Of a stretch of 64,000 bases of DNA, positions 39,827-53,300 are shown piece after piece. The stretch is taken from NCBI GenBank assembly GCA_020184695.1, contig JAANOX010000048.1, positions 1 through 64,000 on the forward strand, given 5' to 3'. Source of the stretch: Histomonas meleagridis 2922-C6/04-290x. Its lineage: Eukaryota; Protista; Parabasalia. The position numbers and the translations under genes were made by a program. The notes under the pieces were generated by a model. That model was not told where the DNA came from. It did no database searches and was given only the letters and a program-made list of their open reading frames with translations. Position 1 is the first letter of the stretch. Every line of letters begins with the position of its first letter.

Positions 39827-40567
39827 ATATGTGATTTAAATAAATATAAATTATATTAATATAATTATGGCTAAATTTTATGTAATGAAAGAGTTTTACT
39901 TACATTGTTTTGTCAAAGAATTTGTTGGTTGTGTTTTACCTTATCCTTATATCTAATTTTTCCATCAAATCAAAATATTCTGGATTAGTATGATGTCCAA
40001 CTTTCTGGTTTAAGAATTTTTATTTTAAATGCACCTTTATGTTTATTTTTAGATCTAACATCAATGAAAGTTTGCGCAATATGTTTAATATTATAAAGTT
40101 ATATCATTTTTCATGTATTTTTTATACATGCATTGACATAAGCATGATATTTAGAGAATATTTTATAAATCAAAAAAAATTAATTTCTAACATTATGAAT
40201 TCAACTCACATTCTATTTCATTTATTTTCTTCATATATTGAACAAAGTACCGAATTTTCAAATAACTACGACTTCTAAATAAGACATCTGATTGTTTCTT
40301 AAAATTCATAAGTTTTTTAACATTGGTCTTGAGAAATTATAATTGTAATTTATCAAACGTTTCCAAATATAAAAAATTGACATTGTAAAATAAAATAGAA
40401 AATAAATATAAAAAAATTTATGAAGATGACTAATTGTCTACGAAGCTATCAGGTTCTGCTTGAATAAATTGAAAGATGCCACTTTTGAATTGCCGATATT
40501 TGCGTAAACCAATGAAATTACCCAAACAACAATAACCGCTTTTGCACTGACAATTTCACACAACGCA

Positions 40568-41275
40568 ATGAGTTCGTTCTTCAACAAGATGCGCCATTTC
40601 CCAGAGTTTCACGAAACTATAACTGCAATCGAATCTCAAAAGAAAGCAGAGCAAACAATGATCGATGGATATACAAAAGCATTTGGTGATGATTTCAAAA
40701 AATACTCTGGACAACAAAAACCCGAGTTCCAAAATGGTTTAAACGGAATCATCGAATGTGGAATTCAAGAAACAACCATTATTAGAGATAGTTTTGTAGC
40801 AGTTTCTAATTTTGCTAATGACATGCAACCACTCCTTCAACAAGAAATTGAAATCAACAAGTGGAGAGAACTTTGCAAGCAAGCACAAGAATTAGCCAAG
40901 AAGAGTAGAGAAGATGCTAAAAAGAAAGAAGCTGCTTATAATCGTGCACAAACTTCAGGCAAGCCATCAGACATTAGTAAAGCTGAAGTTGCATACTCTT
41001 CTGCTAAGAGAAAAGCTGAAGAGGATACAAACAGTGCTAATGATCAACAAAAGTCATTAGAAGAAAAGGAAGGACCATATAGGGAGCAATTCCTTCAATC
41101 CTTTGTTACTCCAATGACAGCAGTTATTAACCTTAGAATTCAAGAAGCAGAAAAGATTTTACAACTCACAAATCAATTTGATGAAGCTATTTCTAAAGTT
41201 CAAGACTTCCATGATGAAGGTGTTGATCATTATAAGGAAAGGTTCCAACAACTGAGTGCGGTTGTTGTCGAGTAA
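40568..41275 (+). CDS. Coiled-coil/BAR-like hypothetical protein
   Basis: 235 aa, all-helical and charged, high-expression codon usage, TCACA Inr-like motif upstream. Confidence 0.7.
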   Translation: MSSFFNKMRHFPEFHETITAIESQKKAEQTMIDGYTKAFGDDFKKYSGQQKPEFQNGLNGIIECGIQETTIIRDSFVAVSNFANDMQPLLQQEIEINKWRELCKQAQELAKKSREDAKKKEAAYNRAQTSGKPSDISKAEVAYSSAKRKAEEDTNSANDQQKSLEEKEGPYREQFLQSFVTPMTAVINLRIQEAEKILQLTNQFDEAISKVQDFHDEGVDHYKERFQQLSAVVVE

Positions 41276-41328
41276 ACAAAGTAAACCAACAACAACAAAA
41301 ATTTGTTTTTTTTGTAGTTATTCAAAAT

Positions 41329-41336
41329 AACGGTTT
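41329..41336 (+). promoter_or_regulatory. M3-like (Myb-type) core promoter motif AACGGTTT
   Basis: 36 nt upstream of ATG 41372. Similar AACGGT motifs precede ATGs at 18639 (18625) and 37097 (37082). Resembles the trichomonad M3 element. Confidence 0.4.
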
Positions 41337-41371
41337 TTACACAACGAAAATTCGAATCTTTTTTAGGTAAA

Positions 41372-44300
41372 ATGAGCAAACAAAATCCTCGGGTATGCGT
41401 TTACTGTAGCTCTTTGTGGTATACTCATATTGCTGTCACCGTTACCCGAGAATCACCTACATATATTTTTACTGTTCAATATCCATCAGGAACTGTTTTC
41501 TTTTCAAACACTCCAAAAGTTGACGTTTTCGAAAGTCAAGTAGCTGCTGGGCGTTATATAAAAAGCAAATTTCAATCAAATTTAATTGCTGATGGAACAG
41601 CTTTAATCGGACTTTCAATTTCTCCTGAAGGTGAAATAATTTATGCAATTATTCAACGCGCAAAAGAAAAGGCCATTCTTCCTAATGGATCATCAATATA
41701 TAAAACAAAAGAAATTAACATTTTTTCGATTGATTTAACAACACAAAAAACTAAAAAAATCGAGAACGCGCTTGGAAACAATTTCTTTTATTGTCCAACT
41801 TTTGATATTACACATCCATATCCATCTGAACAAACTGTTTCTGATTATGATCCAGAATTTTGTTGGAATCAAAAATGGCGAATTGCTTTTGAAAAAGTAG
41901 ATGCCAGTTTTGCATGCACTGTTCTTCTTCAAGGTTATATTGGGAGTAAGAGTTCAAGTTCTATTTATATTGCTCGACGATCAATATATAATCCATATAC
42001 TAGATACACCTCTCGAGGTATTTCTGAAGGGTGTCCAGCAAATGAACTTGAATGTGAGCTTATATTTCTTGAGGATAAGCGCTTTTGGTCGAACTGTTGG
42101 CGAAGAGGTTCGGCGCCCGTTAAGTGGCGATCTGCAGTTTCAGGAATCAGTGTAATCCATAATGTATTAGATAATGATCCTGAAGAAACACATTGCTATT
42201 TTATCAAAATTCTCAAGCGATTCCAAATTCAAAAGATCCATGTCTTATCATTATTAGAAGGAAATGGATTTGAAAAAGAGTTATCCAATTCATATCAAAA
42301 GTCAATCCAAAGCTTAGACTTTGTTGATTTCCATGAGTTTAACATCAACACATTAGGCAATGGCAATAGTTTACAAAAAGCAATTTCATTTCAAAATTTT
42401 TTATCATCAACATTCTTAACATCAGAACCAATTTTTACTGAAGGAGAAGTTGATACTGTAACCAAACGCCAAAACACGATAATGCGTTTTAATTGTGTAG
42501 ATTCAACAGATCGTACAAACATTGCAACATTTTTCTATGCAAGAGCGTTAGCCGAACGCAAAGGGTTTTGTAAAATAGATCGAGACTTACTTATTCCACT
42601 TTTTTTAAAATCGGGAAATGTAATTTCATATTTTTATATGTTAAGTGACGCCACCAAAACGCAAATCATTCGAATCTTTACTCCAAATACCGATGACGTT
42701 CGATTTAAAAAATGTTTTCCACACTCAATAATATCTACTTCAAAGTCCGATGCGGCGTTAACGATCACCCGCCGATTGAAAGTCAATTCATTTTATGAGG
42801 TCGATAACAATATTTCTGAATGGCTAACCGCCGATTATAAACCCCCGTTAACGTACACCATTGATTGGACCCATTTGTTAATAATTACCAATTCTAAAAT
42901 GATATTAAATTATAAACAACCGATGCCAGATTCAATATTACATACAAACACGTCGTGTATTCAATGCGATTTAAATCAATTTTCATCGGAGATAATCTTA
43001 AAGTTACCGAAGCCGATGCGGATATCACATTTGACATTAATCGTAATGCCGAATTCACCAACTTCGTTTACGTTAAGTTGTGGTATGGATGAAAATACGC
43101 GTCACATATGGCTAAAGGACATCTCATTGCCAATCGTACAAAACCCAATACCATTACGATATTCATTAATCCAATCTTCACGTCGTTGGAACATTAGCGC
43201 TCCATTTGATATCCATGGGACTGAACCGTCGCGTTTTGTATGGATTACATTTAAATGTGACAACAGAAACAATTCGAAAGTTACAATTTCGAATGTTTTC
43301 ATTGATGGGATTATAACGAATGAATATCAAGTTCAAAAGTTCGATGCAAATACTTATAACCAAAGTAGTATTAATGAATATGAAAAGAAAATCCAAAATT
43401 TCTTCGAAGCAAATAATAGGAATTTAAGTGATTATATGGAATTAGAAATATTTCGTATTAAGAATCGGATTTCTTTGGATTTACGCAATTTAATTACTAT
43501 AAGACTTGGTTATAACCCTTTTTATACATCCATTTTATCAAAGTTAAAAGCGGATTTGTCAAAATGTTATTTCTGTTCAAAGATTACAAGTTATAATGAA
43601 GCAGTTCCAACTTTTTGGGTTCCTAATTTTTGGAATTTACTCGATTATGACAGAAGAAGAGTTGAAACATGTCAAAAGCCCTTTAAATTATGTAATAATT
43701 GTTATAACCAAATAAAACAATTCGAAAAAGATATTAAAGAATTGGAATATAAGTTAACTACAATCAATAAGAAAGTAAATAAGTCGGAAATTATCATGAA
43801 GAATTTGGTTAAGGGTTCAACACTTTTATCTTTACCTGATCAAACATGTTTTTTAGAGTATCCTTTAAATTGTTCGAATAATAATAACATTAATAATCTT
43901 TTAATAGATAACGATGAAGTTTGGTCAATCGATTTACAAGTTAATAATTTAAAGGATTTGATGTTTACAATTTGTTTACCTACGTATTCAATTGTTTCAT
44001 CAATTTCAATTGAGTTCATAGGTGATTTACCGAAAACTATTTCGATATTATCTCTTAGCAAACAAACTTTCGAAATAATTGTACAGAACAACGTCTGCTT
44101 TTTGGTGTTTAAAACACCTTTTATAACTGAATCAATAACATTTGTCTTGACACCAAACGTAAATCAAAAGTTTATGACGATGAAATTGATCAAATTTTTC
44201 GGCGAATTCATAAATCGGCCATTACCGCCTCCGATTTTAGAAAGCGTTGACCCAACGAATCGAAAATTAGTATCAATTCATGGTGAAACTGATCCTAATA

Positions 44301-44593
44301 ATAGAACGATGATTTATAGGATTCAAGAAGAAAATTTGGTTTTGACTGAAATTGGTTTTCTAGTCGATGTGAATTATGATTGTCAACCTCAATCAATTGC
44401 TGTTTCTATTTTTAGATATGGAAAATTACAAAAATATTATCAAATAATTATTCCGCAAATTCAAAATAAAAGAATGTTAATTTATAAGTTGGATGATGAA
44501 CAAATTTGCGACGTATGTATTGTACATTATATTGACTTATCTCAACAAGTATTCGCACCTTATACAACTTTATTTGGAATATCAATTAAATAA
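41372..44593 (+). CDS. SAC-domain phosphoinositide phosphatase (SAC9-like architecture)
   Basis: FCWNQKW, LLQGY, IARRS, RYTSRGI, ANELECE, RRGSAP..W, catalytic RFNCVDSTDRTN (CX5RT); long C-terminal extension with CxxC pairs. Confidence 0.85.
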   Translation: MSKQNPRVCVYCSSLWYTHIAVTVTRESPTYIFTVQYPSGTVFFSNTPKVDVFESQVAAGRYIKSKFQSNLIADGTALIGLSISPEGEIIYAIIQRAKEKAILPNGSSIYKTKEINIFSIDLTTQKTKKIENALGNNFFYCPTFDITHPYPSEQTVSDYDPEFCWNQKWRIAFEKVDASFACTVLLQGYIGSKSSSSIYIARRSIYNPYTRYTSRGISEGCPANELECELIFLEDKRFWSNCWRRGSAPVKWRSAVSGISVIHNVLDNDPEETHCYFIKILKRFQIQKIHVLSLLEGNGFEKELSNSYQKSIQSLDFVDFHEFNINTLGNGNSLQKAISFQNFLSSTFLTSEPIFTEGEVDTVTKRQNTIMRFNCVDSTDRTNIATFFYARALAERKGFCKIDRDLLIPLFLKSGNVISYFYMLSDATKTQIIRIFTPNTDDVRFKKCFPHSIISTSKSDAALTITRRLKVNSFYEVDNNISEWLTADYKPPLTYTIDWTHLLIITNSKMILNYKQPMPDSILHTNTSCIQCDLNQFSSEIILKLPKPMRISHLTLIVMPNSPTSFTLSCGMDENTRHIWLKDISLPIVQNPIPLRYSLIQSSRRWNISAPFDIHGTEPSRFVWITFKCDNRNNSKVTISNVFIDGIITNEYQVQKFDANTYNQSSINEYEKKIQNFFEANNRNLSDYMELEIFRIKNRISLDLRNLITIRLGYNPFYTSILSKLKADLSKCYFCSKITSYNEAVPTFWVPNFWNLLDYDRRRVETCQKPFKLCNNCYNQIKQFEKDIKELEYKLTTINKKVNKSEIIMKNLVKGSTLLSLPDQTCFLEYPLNCSNNNNINNLLIDNDEVWSIDLQVNNLKDLMFTICLPTYSIVSSISIEFIGDLPKTISILSLSKQTFEIIVQNNVCFLVFKTPFITESITFVLTPNVNQKFMTMKLIKFFGEFINRPLPPPILESVDPTNRKLVSIHGETDPNNRTMIYRIQEENLVLTEIGFLVDVNYDCQPQSIAVSIFRYGKLQKYYQIIIPQIQNKRMLIYKLDDEQICDVCIVHYIDLSQQVFAPYTTLFGISIK

Positions 44594-44699
44594 AATTATT
44601 TGTATAGATAAATGTTTTTGTTTTTTAACTTTATACAAAAAAAAAAAATTATCACTTTTTGATAGTAATGCGGTTATTTTCAGATAAAACGATCGTTTC

Positions 44700-46115
44700 C
44701 TATTGAATTTCGACTGTTGTAAAGTTTTCTTCGTTTTGTTCAATGGGGCGGAAGAAATTTTCAAGTATATAAGAAATACGAATTCGAACTTCTTCATTAG
44801 TTTGTTCTAATATTGTATTTAGTGTTTCAAATAAAACAGATTCTTCTGCAATCTGAATGAAAAATTTATAATCATTTTCAAATGCTTCACAAATTATATC
44901 CAAAGTTACAACAAGTTTCCTCAAGGATAAAAGTTCAATAAAATCTAAAATATATCGAAAAATTTCACCTTTAATTTTAAGAGGAACTAAATAACTTTTC
45001 TCCTTATTATTAAAAGAGAAATGTAATAAATGAACGAAGAAATACTCACAACGAATTTTTTGTTCGACATTACTCCTCTCAGCAACATTCAACAAAAAAT
45101 ACACAATTTCATATTTGTACAAAAACTCAAAATGTTCATCAATTAAAGAATCAAAAAACACAAAAATAGGACGATTTTGTTGTGATGTTAAAATCGGAAC
45201 GCATTTTATCGCTAATTTTATAATTTCATCTTTAAGAAACATTTGAATATTATTGTCGTCATAATTAATAATGTTATTAATAATCATAAAGAAATATGGA
45301 ATTGATTCGTTTTCAATAATTGGAATCGATGCGTTAAGTTCATTAATTAAATTATTGATCGATATTTCTTCGATGCATCTGTCATTAAATAGAACATATG
45401 AAAGACACTGATATGAAAGCATTTGAATTTGTTTGTTCATATTACATAAGTTTTGTCTATAAAATGGTATTAATGGAATAAAAATTTCGAGCTGTTCAAT
45501 TTCATTATCTATTAAAAATTCCGAAATTTCACTTTCGATATGTAAAATACAATAAATGTCTTTGGGTGATTGAGTGCGTGTTGAAATTGTGGATAGTAAT
45601 GGAAGAATTTGATTTTGAATGAGAATATAAATAAGTGGCTGCTTATTGGTTTTCGTGGATACTAAATTACTGAAAAAAATAAGAAGCTTTGATTGAACTT
45701 CTGGTACACTATGAAACATTCCATCCATAAGATTATGGATAAAATCATTATTGAGAAAAAGCGATTCAGAACCAATATCAAGAAAGCTTAAATGGGTTAA
45801 AACTGTAATAAGATTGTTAAGAAAATCGCCGGGAATTTCACAATTGAAAACTGAAAAAATGATTTCTTCAATCCCAAGTTGAATTAAATCAGAAGGATCA
45901 ACAGGAGGATCTAAGGAACTAATAATACCAATTATTTCAAAGCCATCTTGAGTCGATAAAATTAATTCTTTTTCTTCTGGATATTGATCAATTGAAATAA
46001 AGTCGGATTTGGAGAGTAATTTTCCTTCTTGGTTCATTTTGTCAAAAAAATCCAAGTTACTACCAGTGAGAATTTCACGAATATCTTGTTTGGGTTGGAT
46101 TTTGTACTCGCTCAT
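44700..46115 (-). CDS. ARM-repeat (importin-alpha-like) protein
   Basis: 471 aa of Leu/Ile-rich helical repeats, e.g. LIQLGIEEII, LTHLSF, LIFFSNLV. Confidence 0.65.
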   Translation of the reverse strand: MSEYKIQPKQDIREILTGSNLDFFDKMNQEGKLLSKSDFISIDQYPEEKELILSTQDGFEIIGIISSLDPPVDPSDLIQLGIEEIIFSVFNCEIPGDFLNNLITVLTHLSFLDIGSESLFLNNDFIHNLMDGMFHSVPEVQSKLLIFFSNLVSTKTNKQPLIYILIQNQILPLLSTISTRTQSPKDIYCILHIESEISEFLIDNEIEQLEIFIPLIPFYRQNLCNMNKQIQMLSYQCLSYVLFNDRCIEEISINNLINELNASIPIIENESIPYFFMIINNIINYDDNNIQMFLKDEIIKLAIKCVPILTSQQNRPIFVFFDSLIDEHFEFLYKYEIVYFLLNVAERSNVEQKIRCEYFFVHLLHFSFNNKEKSYLVPLKIKGEIFRYILDFIELLSLRKLVVTLDIICEAFENDYKFFIQIAEESVLFETLNTILEQTNEEVRIRISYILENFFRPIEQNEENFTTVEIQ

Positions 46116-46209
46116 AAAGAACGTTTAAATATTTTTATATATGAACATGTAATAGAACGTTAATTTTATTGATTAATTTGAATATGTTTGTTCGAATGGT
46201 GGGGATAAA

Positions 46210-47109
46210 ATGTGGTCAGAGTATTCCAATAGTAAAATTCCTTCCCAAGGAATTATAACTTCTATTGCATTTTCATCAAACAGTCGAAGCTTCGCACTTG
46301 GCCTTAGCAGTGGATGGATATATATTTATCATATGGATCCAAATGAAACATTTCAAAAGAAACCAATTTTTACATGTGCAATAAATTGTATCACTTGGTC
46401 AAGAGATGATAAGTATTTAGTTTTGTGCTCAGAAGATTGCAAAGTTTGTTTAATAAATTCATCAACCTTAAAAATTGTTCGCGAATATTTTGGTTCTCTT
46501 GAAGCTCTTTATGCTTGCGATATTTCAAGGTATAATGATAGAATTGTTGCAGGCGGTCGAGACACAATGATACATCTTTGGTCAACATCTACTTCAGATC
46601 ACATTGATTTTATTTCAGCTCACAGAGAGGTTATTACTTCTATTCATTTCAGTAGTGATGGTCAGTTTATTCTCACGTCTGCTCTTGATGGTCTTTGTCG
46701 AATCTTTAATACTAATAACCTATTACTTCTTCGTACTTATGTCACAAATGGGGGCTTTACAACATATTCAACATTTTGTCCTAGTGAAAAATATATTTTT
46801 GCATCCACAACAGATAATAGTTTAAACTTAATTAGTATTCGAGAAAATCGTGTAATTGCATCATACAAAGGTCACATTGATACAAAGCTTCGTGCTTCAA
46901 TTTTTGTACGAAATAGGGAAATGAATGTTGAAGTAATTGTTCCATCAGATGATGGAAGTGTTAAATGTTATAATGCAATTGATGGAAATATCCTTTGGGA
47001 TATAAACCTTGGAGAATCTCCCGGATTGATGATTGGAGTATCTCCTGACTCAGAGTTTATTGTAGTAACGAAAAAAAAGAATTTTATAGTATTCAAGAGA
47101 AACGAATGA
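46210..47109 (+). CDS. WD40-repeat protein (WDR5/SWD3-like)
   Basis: Repeats: INCITWSRDDKYLV.CSED, AGGRD..IHLW, AHREVITSIHFSSDG..ILTSALDG.CRIF, YKGH. Confidence 0.85.
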   Translation: MWSEYSNSKIPSQGIITSIAFSSNSRSFALGLSSGWIYIYHMDPNETFQKKPIFTCAINCITWSRDDKYLVLCSEDCKVCLINSSTLKIVREYFGSLEALYACDISRYNDRIVAGGRDTMIHLWSTSTSDHIDFISAHREVITSIHFSSDGQFILTSALDGLCRIFNTNNLLLLRTYVTNGGFTTYSTFCPSEKYIFASTTDNSLNLISIRENRVIASYKGHIDTKLRASIFVRNREMNVEVIVPSDDGSVKCYNAIDGNILWDINLGESPGLMIGVSPDSEFIVVTKKKNFIVFKRNE

Positions 47110-47360
47110 AATTAATAGGGATAATTATTTATGTAAATATTATTTTCGAATTTCTTGTGATTATTTTTTTTGACATGATAATTTCAAAAATTTATTCTTT
47201 ATACAAGCTTTCTGAATTAAATTTTCTCGACATTGAGATATATTTACGAAGGGGGTAAAAATGGCTCGAACATTTAAGAGTTCACAACATGAAGTAATTA
47301 AACGTTCATGGTCACTTTTTACATCCTTCACTCAGCAAGCAATCATCAACAAAAAAATAT

Positions 47361-50300
47361 ATGAGTGAAAGAGATGAACTTTGTCGTGATATCAAATGCT
47401 TGCTTGATGGGTTTCAAATCGAATTTTCTTTGCTTGATCACGAAAAAATAATTGATGCACTTTTATCAATGGAACAAAAATATTCTCCTTATCAAGGCCA
47501 TGAGGATATGCTTAATAATTGTCTTGGAATGATGTTTAATTATGGAATTAGAAAATCTATTGATCTTATGAATATGAAAACAGAAAGAAGTTATCCAATT
47601 GGCAAAAAATTTATGAAAATGATAACAATATTTGTATCTTTTTATAATTCACATGACAAAGATTTATATATAAAATCATTAATAAACATTATAACAGACT
47701 CATTAGATGAGAAACCAATTAGATTACCATCAATCAATCTTAGAGATGAGAAAAAATTTAGTTCAACTGAAATTTTTTCTCATCTTGGGTCGACAAAATT
47801 TTTAATTCAAGTTTTAATATCAATACTTTCACAACATATTTTTAATGATGTTTCACTTCTTTTTGTTATCTTTAAATGTCTTCAAAACGAAAATATTGAC
47901 ATCCAATATTTAGGTTTAAAATGTTTATCACGAATAAATTTTTATTCCACACAAATCAATTTCCAAGAAATCCGAGTTTTAATTGAATGCTTAAAAACCA
48001 ATTTAATCGGAGTCTATGAAGTTTATCCCAAATCGGACAAATTTTGGTCACTTTCATTTAATAATTCCATTCGATATCTTTTTAAATATATCCAAATATT
48101 AATTGGTAAAGAATTATTTAGTATAATTTCGGTGATAACATTTATATCAGATTTACCACAAACTACGAAAACAATTTTTCAATTAATTGATCAATTTTTA
48201 ACAAATGATAAATCTTCATATGATATGTCAATGACAATATTTAACAAAATATTTCCATTTTTTTATCATTCAGAAGAATTCATTAAGATATGTAAAGAAA
48301 TATCATTATATGAACCAAATTTTATAAATAAATTATTAAAATCATATTCAAATGATATAAAATATATAATTTCATTATCGAAAATCATTGATATTGAACA
48401 AATTCATATATTTAATAATCATTTTAATAACATTGATCCTAATTATATATATCCATTAGTTTCAGCATATAAAAAAGAAAATATGCCGAAACAATTAAAG
48501 ATATATATAAAAGAATCAATTATGAATATACCTCCAATGGTTAACTATATAAAACCTTTATTGAGTTTTGCATTTGATGAAATATTATCACAAATTATAC
48601 GTTATCATCCAAGAGATGTATTATATATATTAAAATTAATAAAAGAAATTAAAGAATGGAATCAAATACAAAATTCATTTAAAGAACAAATTATTAGTTA
48701 TGCATTAAATAGTGAATCATTAGAGTTAATATCATTTGTAGCATTATATTCATTACAATATAATACTTTTAAAGATATAATTAAAACAAATTCTTCAATA
48801 ATTAATTCATATGAATCGAAAAGTTTCATTCAAGTTTTACCAAAAATTTTTAATGAAAATTATAAAGAATTAATTCCAAATAATTTAATTATCGAATTAT
48901 TTAAGTTATCAAAGTTTAAAGCAATTAATAATATAATACAAAGATCTGAATTTTGGAACATATTTTTAGAACAATATTTCCAAATATTTGAAGAGTTCGA
49001 TGATTATTTAGTTGCAAATGCATTGTATTTCTTAAAGAATTATCCAAAATTACGCGAAGTTATAATATTAAATAAGTTTTATGTTGTTCGACGAATATTT
49101 AATTTAATTAAAGATGATGATAACTTAAAAATTTCAAATAGAAATCGTAAAATTAGATATTGTTCAATGTGTAGAGATCATTTTTTTAAAGATTTATTTG
49201 GATTAGATCAAATTAAATATTCATTAATACCCGTTTTAATTAGTGAAGGAAACATTAATTTGTTAAATGATTTTTCGAATTTATTACTAAATTTAAATCA
49301 AAATTTAATACAAAGATTAAAAAGTACTATCGATAACTTAATATCACAAGTTGAAACTCGAATTGATTTCTTAAATTTATTAATGGAATTAAATAATAAT
49401 CTTTCAAATTTATTAAAAATTACGAATAATGATTTATCAAATTTATTAAAGTTTAAAATCGATCAAAAGATAATTTTGACTTTCTTAAATGATTTACATA
49501 AGAAAATATTTGATATATTAAAAACAAATTCCGATTTTTTTGAATTTTCTAAAACAACAAATTTTGAGTTTTTAAGTTTATTTAAAGATTTAAATCAAAA
49601 GATTTCAACAGTTTTAAATTTAATATCAGAAAGTTCTATTGAAACCACGACAGAAGAAAATGGTAATAATTATAAACAAATTGATATTATATTACTTAAA
49701 TTATTAATCACTACAATAAATGATGCATCAGAATTATCGAAAGTTACAGTGAATGATTTAGTTAGAGATTGTTCATCTGAAATATTTACATATTTATTTG
49801 GTTATGTACCACGAAATATTGCAACAACTGGAATCATAACATTAAATAAATTAAAAATAAATCCAAATGATTTACATTATGGTCATACATTATTAAAAGA
49901 ATCGAAATGTTTAGCAGAAGTATCATCACAAGTATTTTTATTGTTAGGACATCCTTCACGAGAAATTCGAATTCAAGCATTAAAAGGTGTTGGAATTTTA
50001 GGCTCATTACATGAAGCATTAAATATCTTTAAAATAGAATCTGTTCCACCAGAGAAGAAAACACAAGTTTTATATTCTAAATTATGGGAAAAACATTTTT
50101 TAAATACAATTTTGAAATTTTCGATAATTTTAGGTAATAAAAATAAACAAATTTGTTTTAAATTAATGATAGTTAAATCATTATTATTTAGTATTAAGTC
50201 AAATTATTTCGAGAATTTAATTGACATTTTTTTTCCTAAATTAACTTCTTGTATAGATATAGCAATACAATATCCAGAACTAAGAGAAAAATGTTTAAAG

Positions 50301-53300
50301 TTTTGGATAAGTTTTATTCAAGCAATTAAAACTCCAAATACATTAACACGTTTATTTGGTCATATTATATCACAAGTTATACAATTTTATGATTCTTTTC
50401 CTAAACATGTAACAGAAATATTAAAACTTTTAATATTTAATAACGCTAAAATCACTAAAGATTACTTTTATGAGATTGTAAATTTACCATTTTTTTATGA
50501 GCATTCAGAATTAAATATATTTTTAAATGAATTAAAAAAAGAATCAAGTGAAAAAGATTGGAAACAACAAATTAATCAATTATATTTACAAATCGAACAA
50601 GCATCGCCATCATTACGTCATTTAATATTAATCCAAATACATATTTTATTAAAACATAATTTAAATGAATTAGAAACCGAATTCTTGAATAAATTATTTG
50701 ATAGTTTATGGAAATTAGTTTTACATGAAACAAATAATTTAAATTTAATACTTTGTGGTCAATGTATGGGATTAATATTAACATTTATTAAAGATTTAAA
50801 TCCACCTGAAGAAGAAGTTATAGATAAAAATAATTCAAATCAAATAATTCATAAGTTAATTGTTGATTATCTTGTAAATATTCTTGAAGATTCTTCATCA
50901 ATATCTAATCATGATCATGCTGCTTATGCTATTCAAGAATTATTAAAACTTTTAGGTTGTAATAATGATGATAGTGAAAATTGGAATTTATTTCCTGATT
51001 CTGTTAAAACAGTTATAAATCCATTTCGAAAATCTGCTTTTATAGCAGAAATGATTCATCCATTAGAAACGGATTATAAACCAATAGCTTTTAATAATGG
51101 AATTAATTCATTTAATATTTGGTTACCTTCTTTTACTAATGCTTTATTATCTGTTATAGTCACCGATAAAACAAACAAATTTAATAAAATATTTTTATGT
51201 TGTGATAAAGCTTTAAAAGATTCACAATCAATTAATAAATTTATTTTACCATTTTTAATTGCGAATAATTATACAAATGAATTGTTTTTAAATGCTTTAC
51301 ATATCGAATGGGAAGCAATTTATAATAAATTAACTTCTAAAGAAAGAAATAATTGGAATTCTGATATTATATTTGCACGAGAAGCTATTTCATTATTCTT
51401 TTCATTATTCAGTTCATTAGCTAAATGGAATATAACGCCTGGTTATAATAAACTAAGAGTTAATTGGTCAACATTAAATATTTCTGATGATTATAACTTT
51501 GCTATAGCTGCATATGAATGTAAATTATATTATCATTCATTACAACATTTAGAATTATATATCTTCAATAATAAAATTGAAGATCCAACAGAAAACCCTC
51601 AAACAAGAGATTTATTATATTCTATTTATATGCATATTGATCAAGATTCACTTGAAGCATTTCATGAAAGTCAAAATAATCAAAATGTATATAATAATGA
51701 TGAAGATTATTCATCTAAAGAAATCCAAATATTTTTTAATGATAATGATAATACTAATAATAAAATACAATTTGTAAAACAATTAATGAGATCTGGTCGA
51801 TATGAAAGAGCTTTATCTGATTCATTATCATTAAAGAAGAAATTTCCTTTTAATGAGAACTTAAATGTTATAATTGTTAATAGTGCTATTCGACTTTCAC
51901 GTTGGGATGTTTTATCTAATTTATATGATCATAATCAAGAGAATAATATCATTAATCAAAAACAACATATATCATTTCAAAAGAAATTTGATATTTCAAT
52001 CGGAAAATTATTATTACATTTAAAGAATAATAAAATTGATTTATTCCAAAAACAATTACATATTTCACGTGAATGTTTATTCCCAATGTTAAAGAATAAC
52101 TCATCAATTTCTTATGATAAATTAACTTCTATTCTTGCATTATATAAATTACTTGATGAAATTGAAGATTTACAAATATCAAAAACATTACCTAATACTT
52201 GGAATCAATGGACATCACAAACGTCATTAAACATTGATGTAATTGAACAAATTACTTCAATTCGTTGTTCTTTAATTAGTATTTATGCTGAGAAATCAAA
52301 AGTTAATTCATTAATATCTCAACAATGGTTATTCTTATCTAAAATATCACGTAAAAGTAATTTCTTATTTCAAGCTGAAATGTTTTGTACACGTGCAATA
52401 CAATTCTCAAGTGATGAATTCCAACGATCGATTTGTATCTATGAATTATCGAAAATATTATTTGCGAAACCTAAAAATGGAATTCAAGCGTTATCATTAT
52501 TACAACAAAATGAACAAAAGAATTCGACTAATTCATTATATCCTAAAATATTATATAAACGAGCTAAATATATGATTGATTTAAACACATCTAATTCTAA
52601 TGAAATCATTGAAATATTAAATAAAGTTATAGAGAAACAAATCGAATTTAATAATAATTCAGGTAAAGCTTATTTTACATTAGCAAATTTAGCTGATCAA
52701 AGAGTTATTTCTTATATTCGTTATCTTGAACAAACATCTTCTGATCCTTCATCAATTCATACACGTAATAGAACAAGTTCAACGAAATTTTGGAATTCTT
52801 CTACATTACCTGGATATGTGACTGACTTTTTTAAAGAACAAATTCCTTTAGCATTAAAAAATTATATCGAAGCAATTACACATTCACCACAATATTCATA
52901 TGAAATCATTCCACGAATTTTAGAATTATTTTTTGATATTGGTAAATATTTTACTCCTGATAGTAAATTCGAGTTAATAAATGCACAACAAAAAGAAACT
53001 GTACTTGAAGCATTAAAACTTTCAATGAAAATGGAAAACCTTAAAAAGGTATCATCAATAGTATGGATTAATTCTATTACCCAATTAATATCTCGTATAG
53101 AACATCCGGATGTACTTAAAAATGTCCTTTTTAAATTATTACGAATTTGTTGCGAAGATTTCTTACAACAATCGTTATGGCATTTAATGACATTATGTCA
53201 AAGTGAATCTAATACAAGAAGATCACAATTTAATATATTTTGGGAATATGTACAATCTGATTTAGAAGCGAAAATAGGTAATAACGTAACAACTATTTAT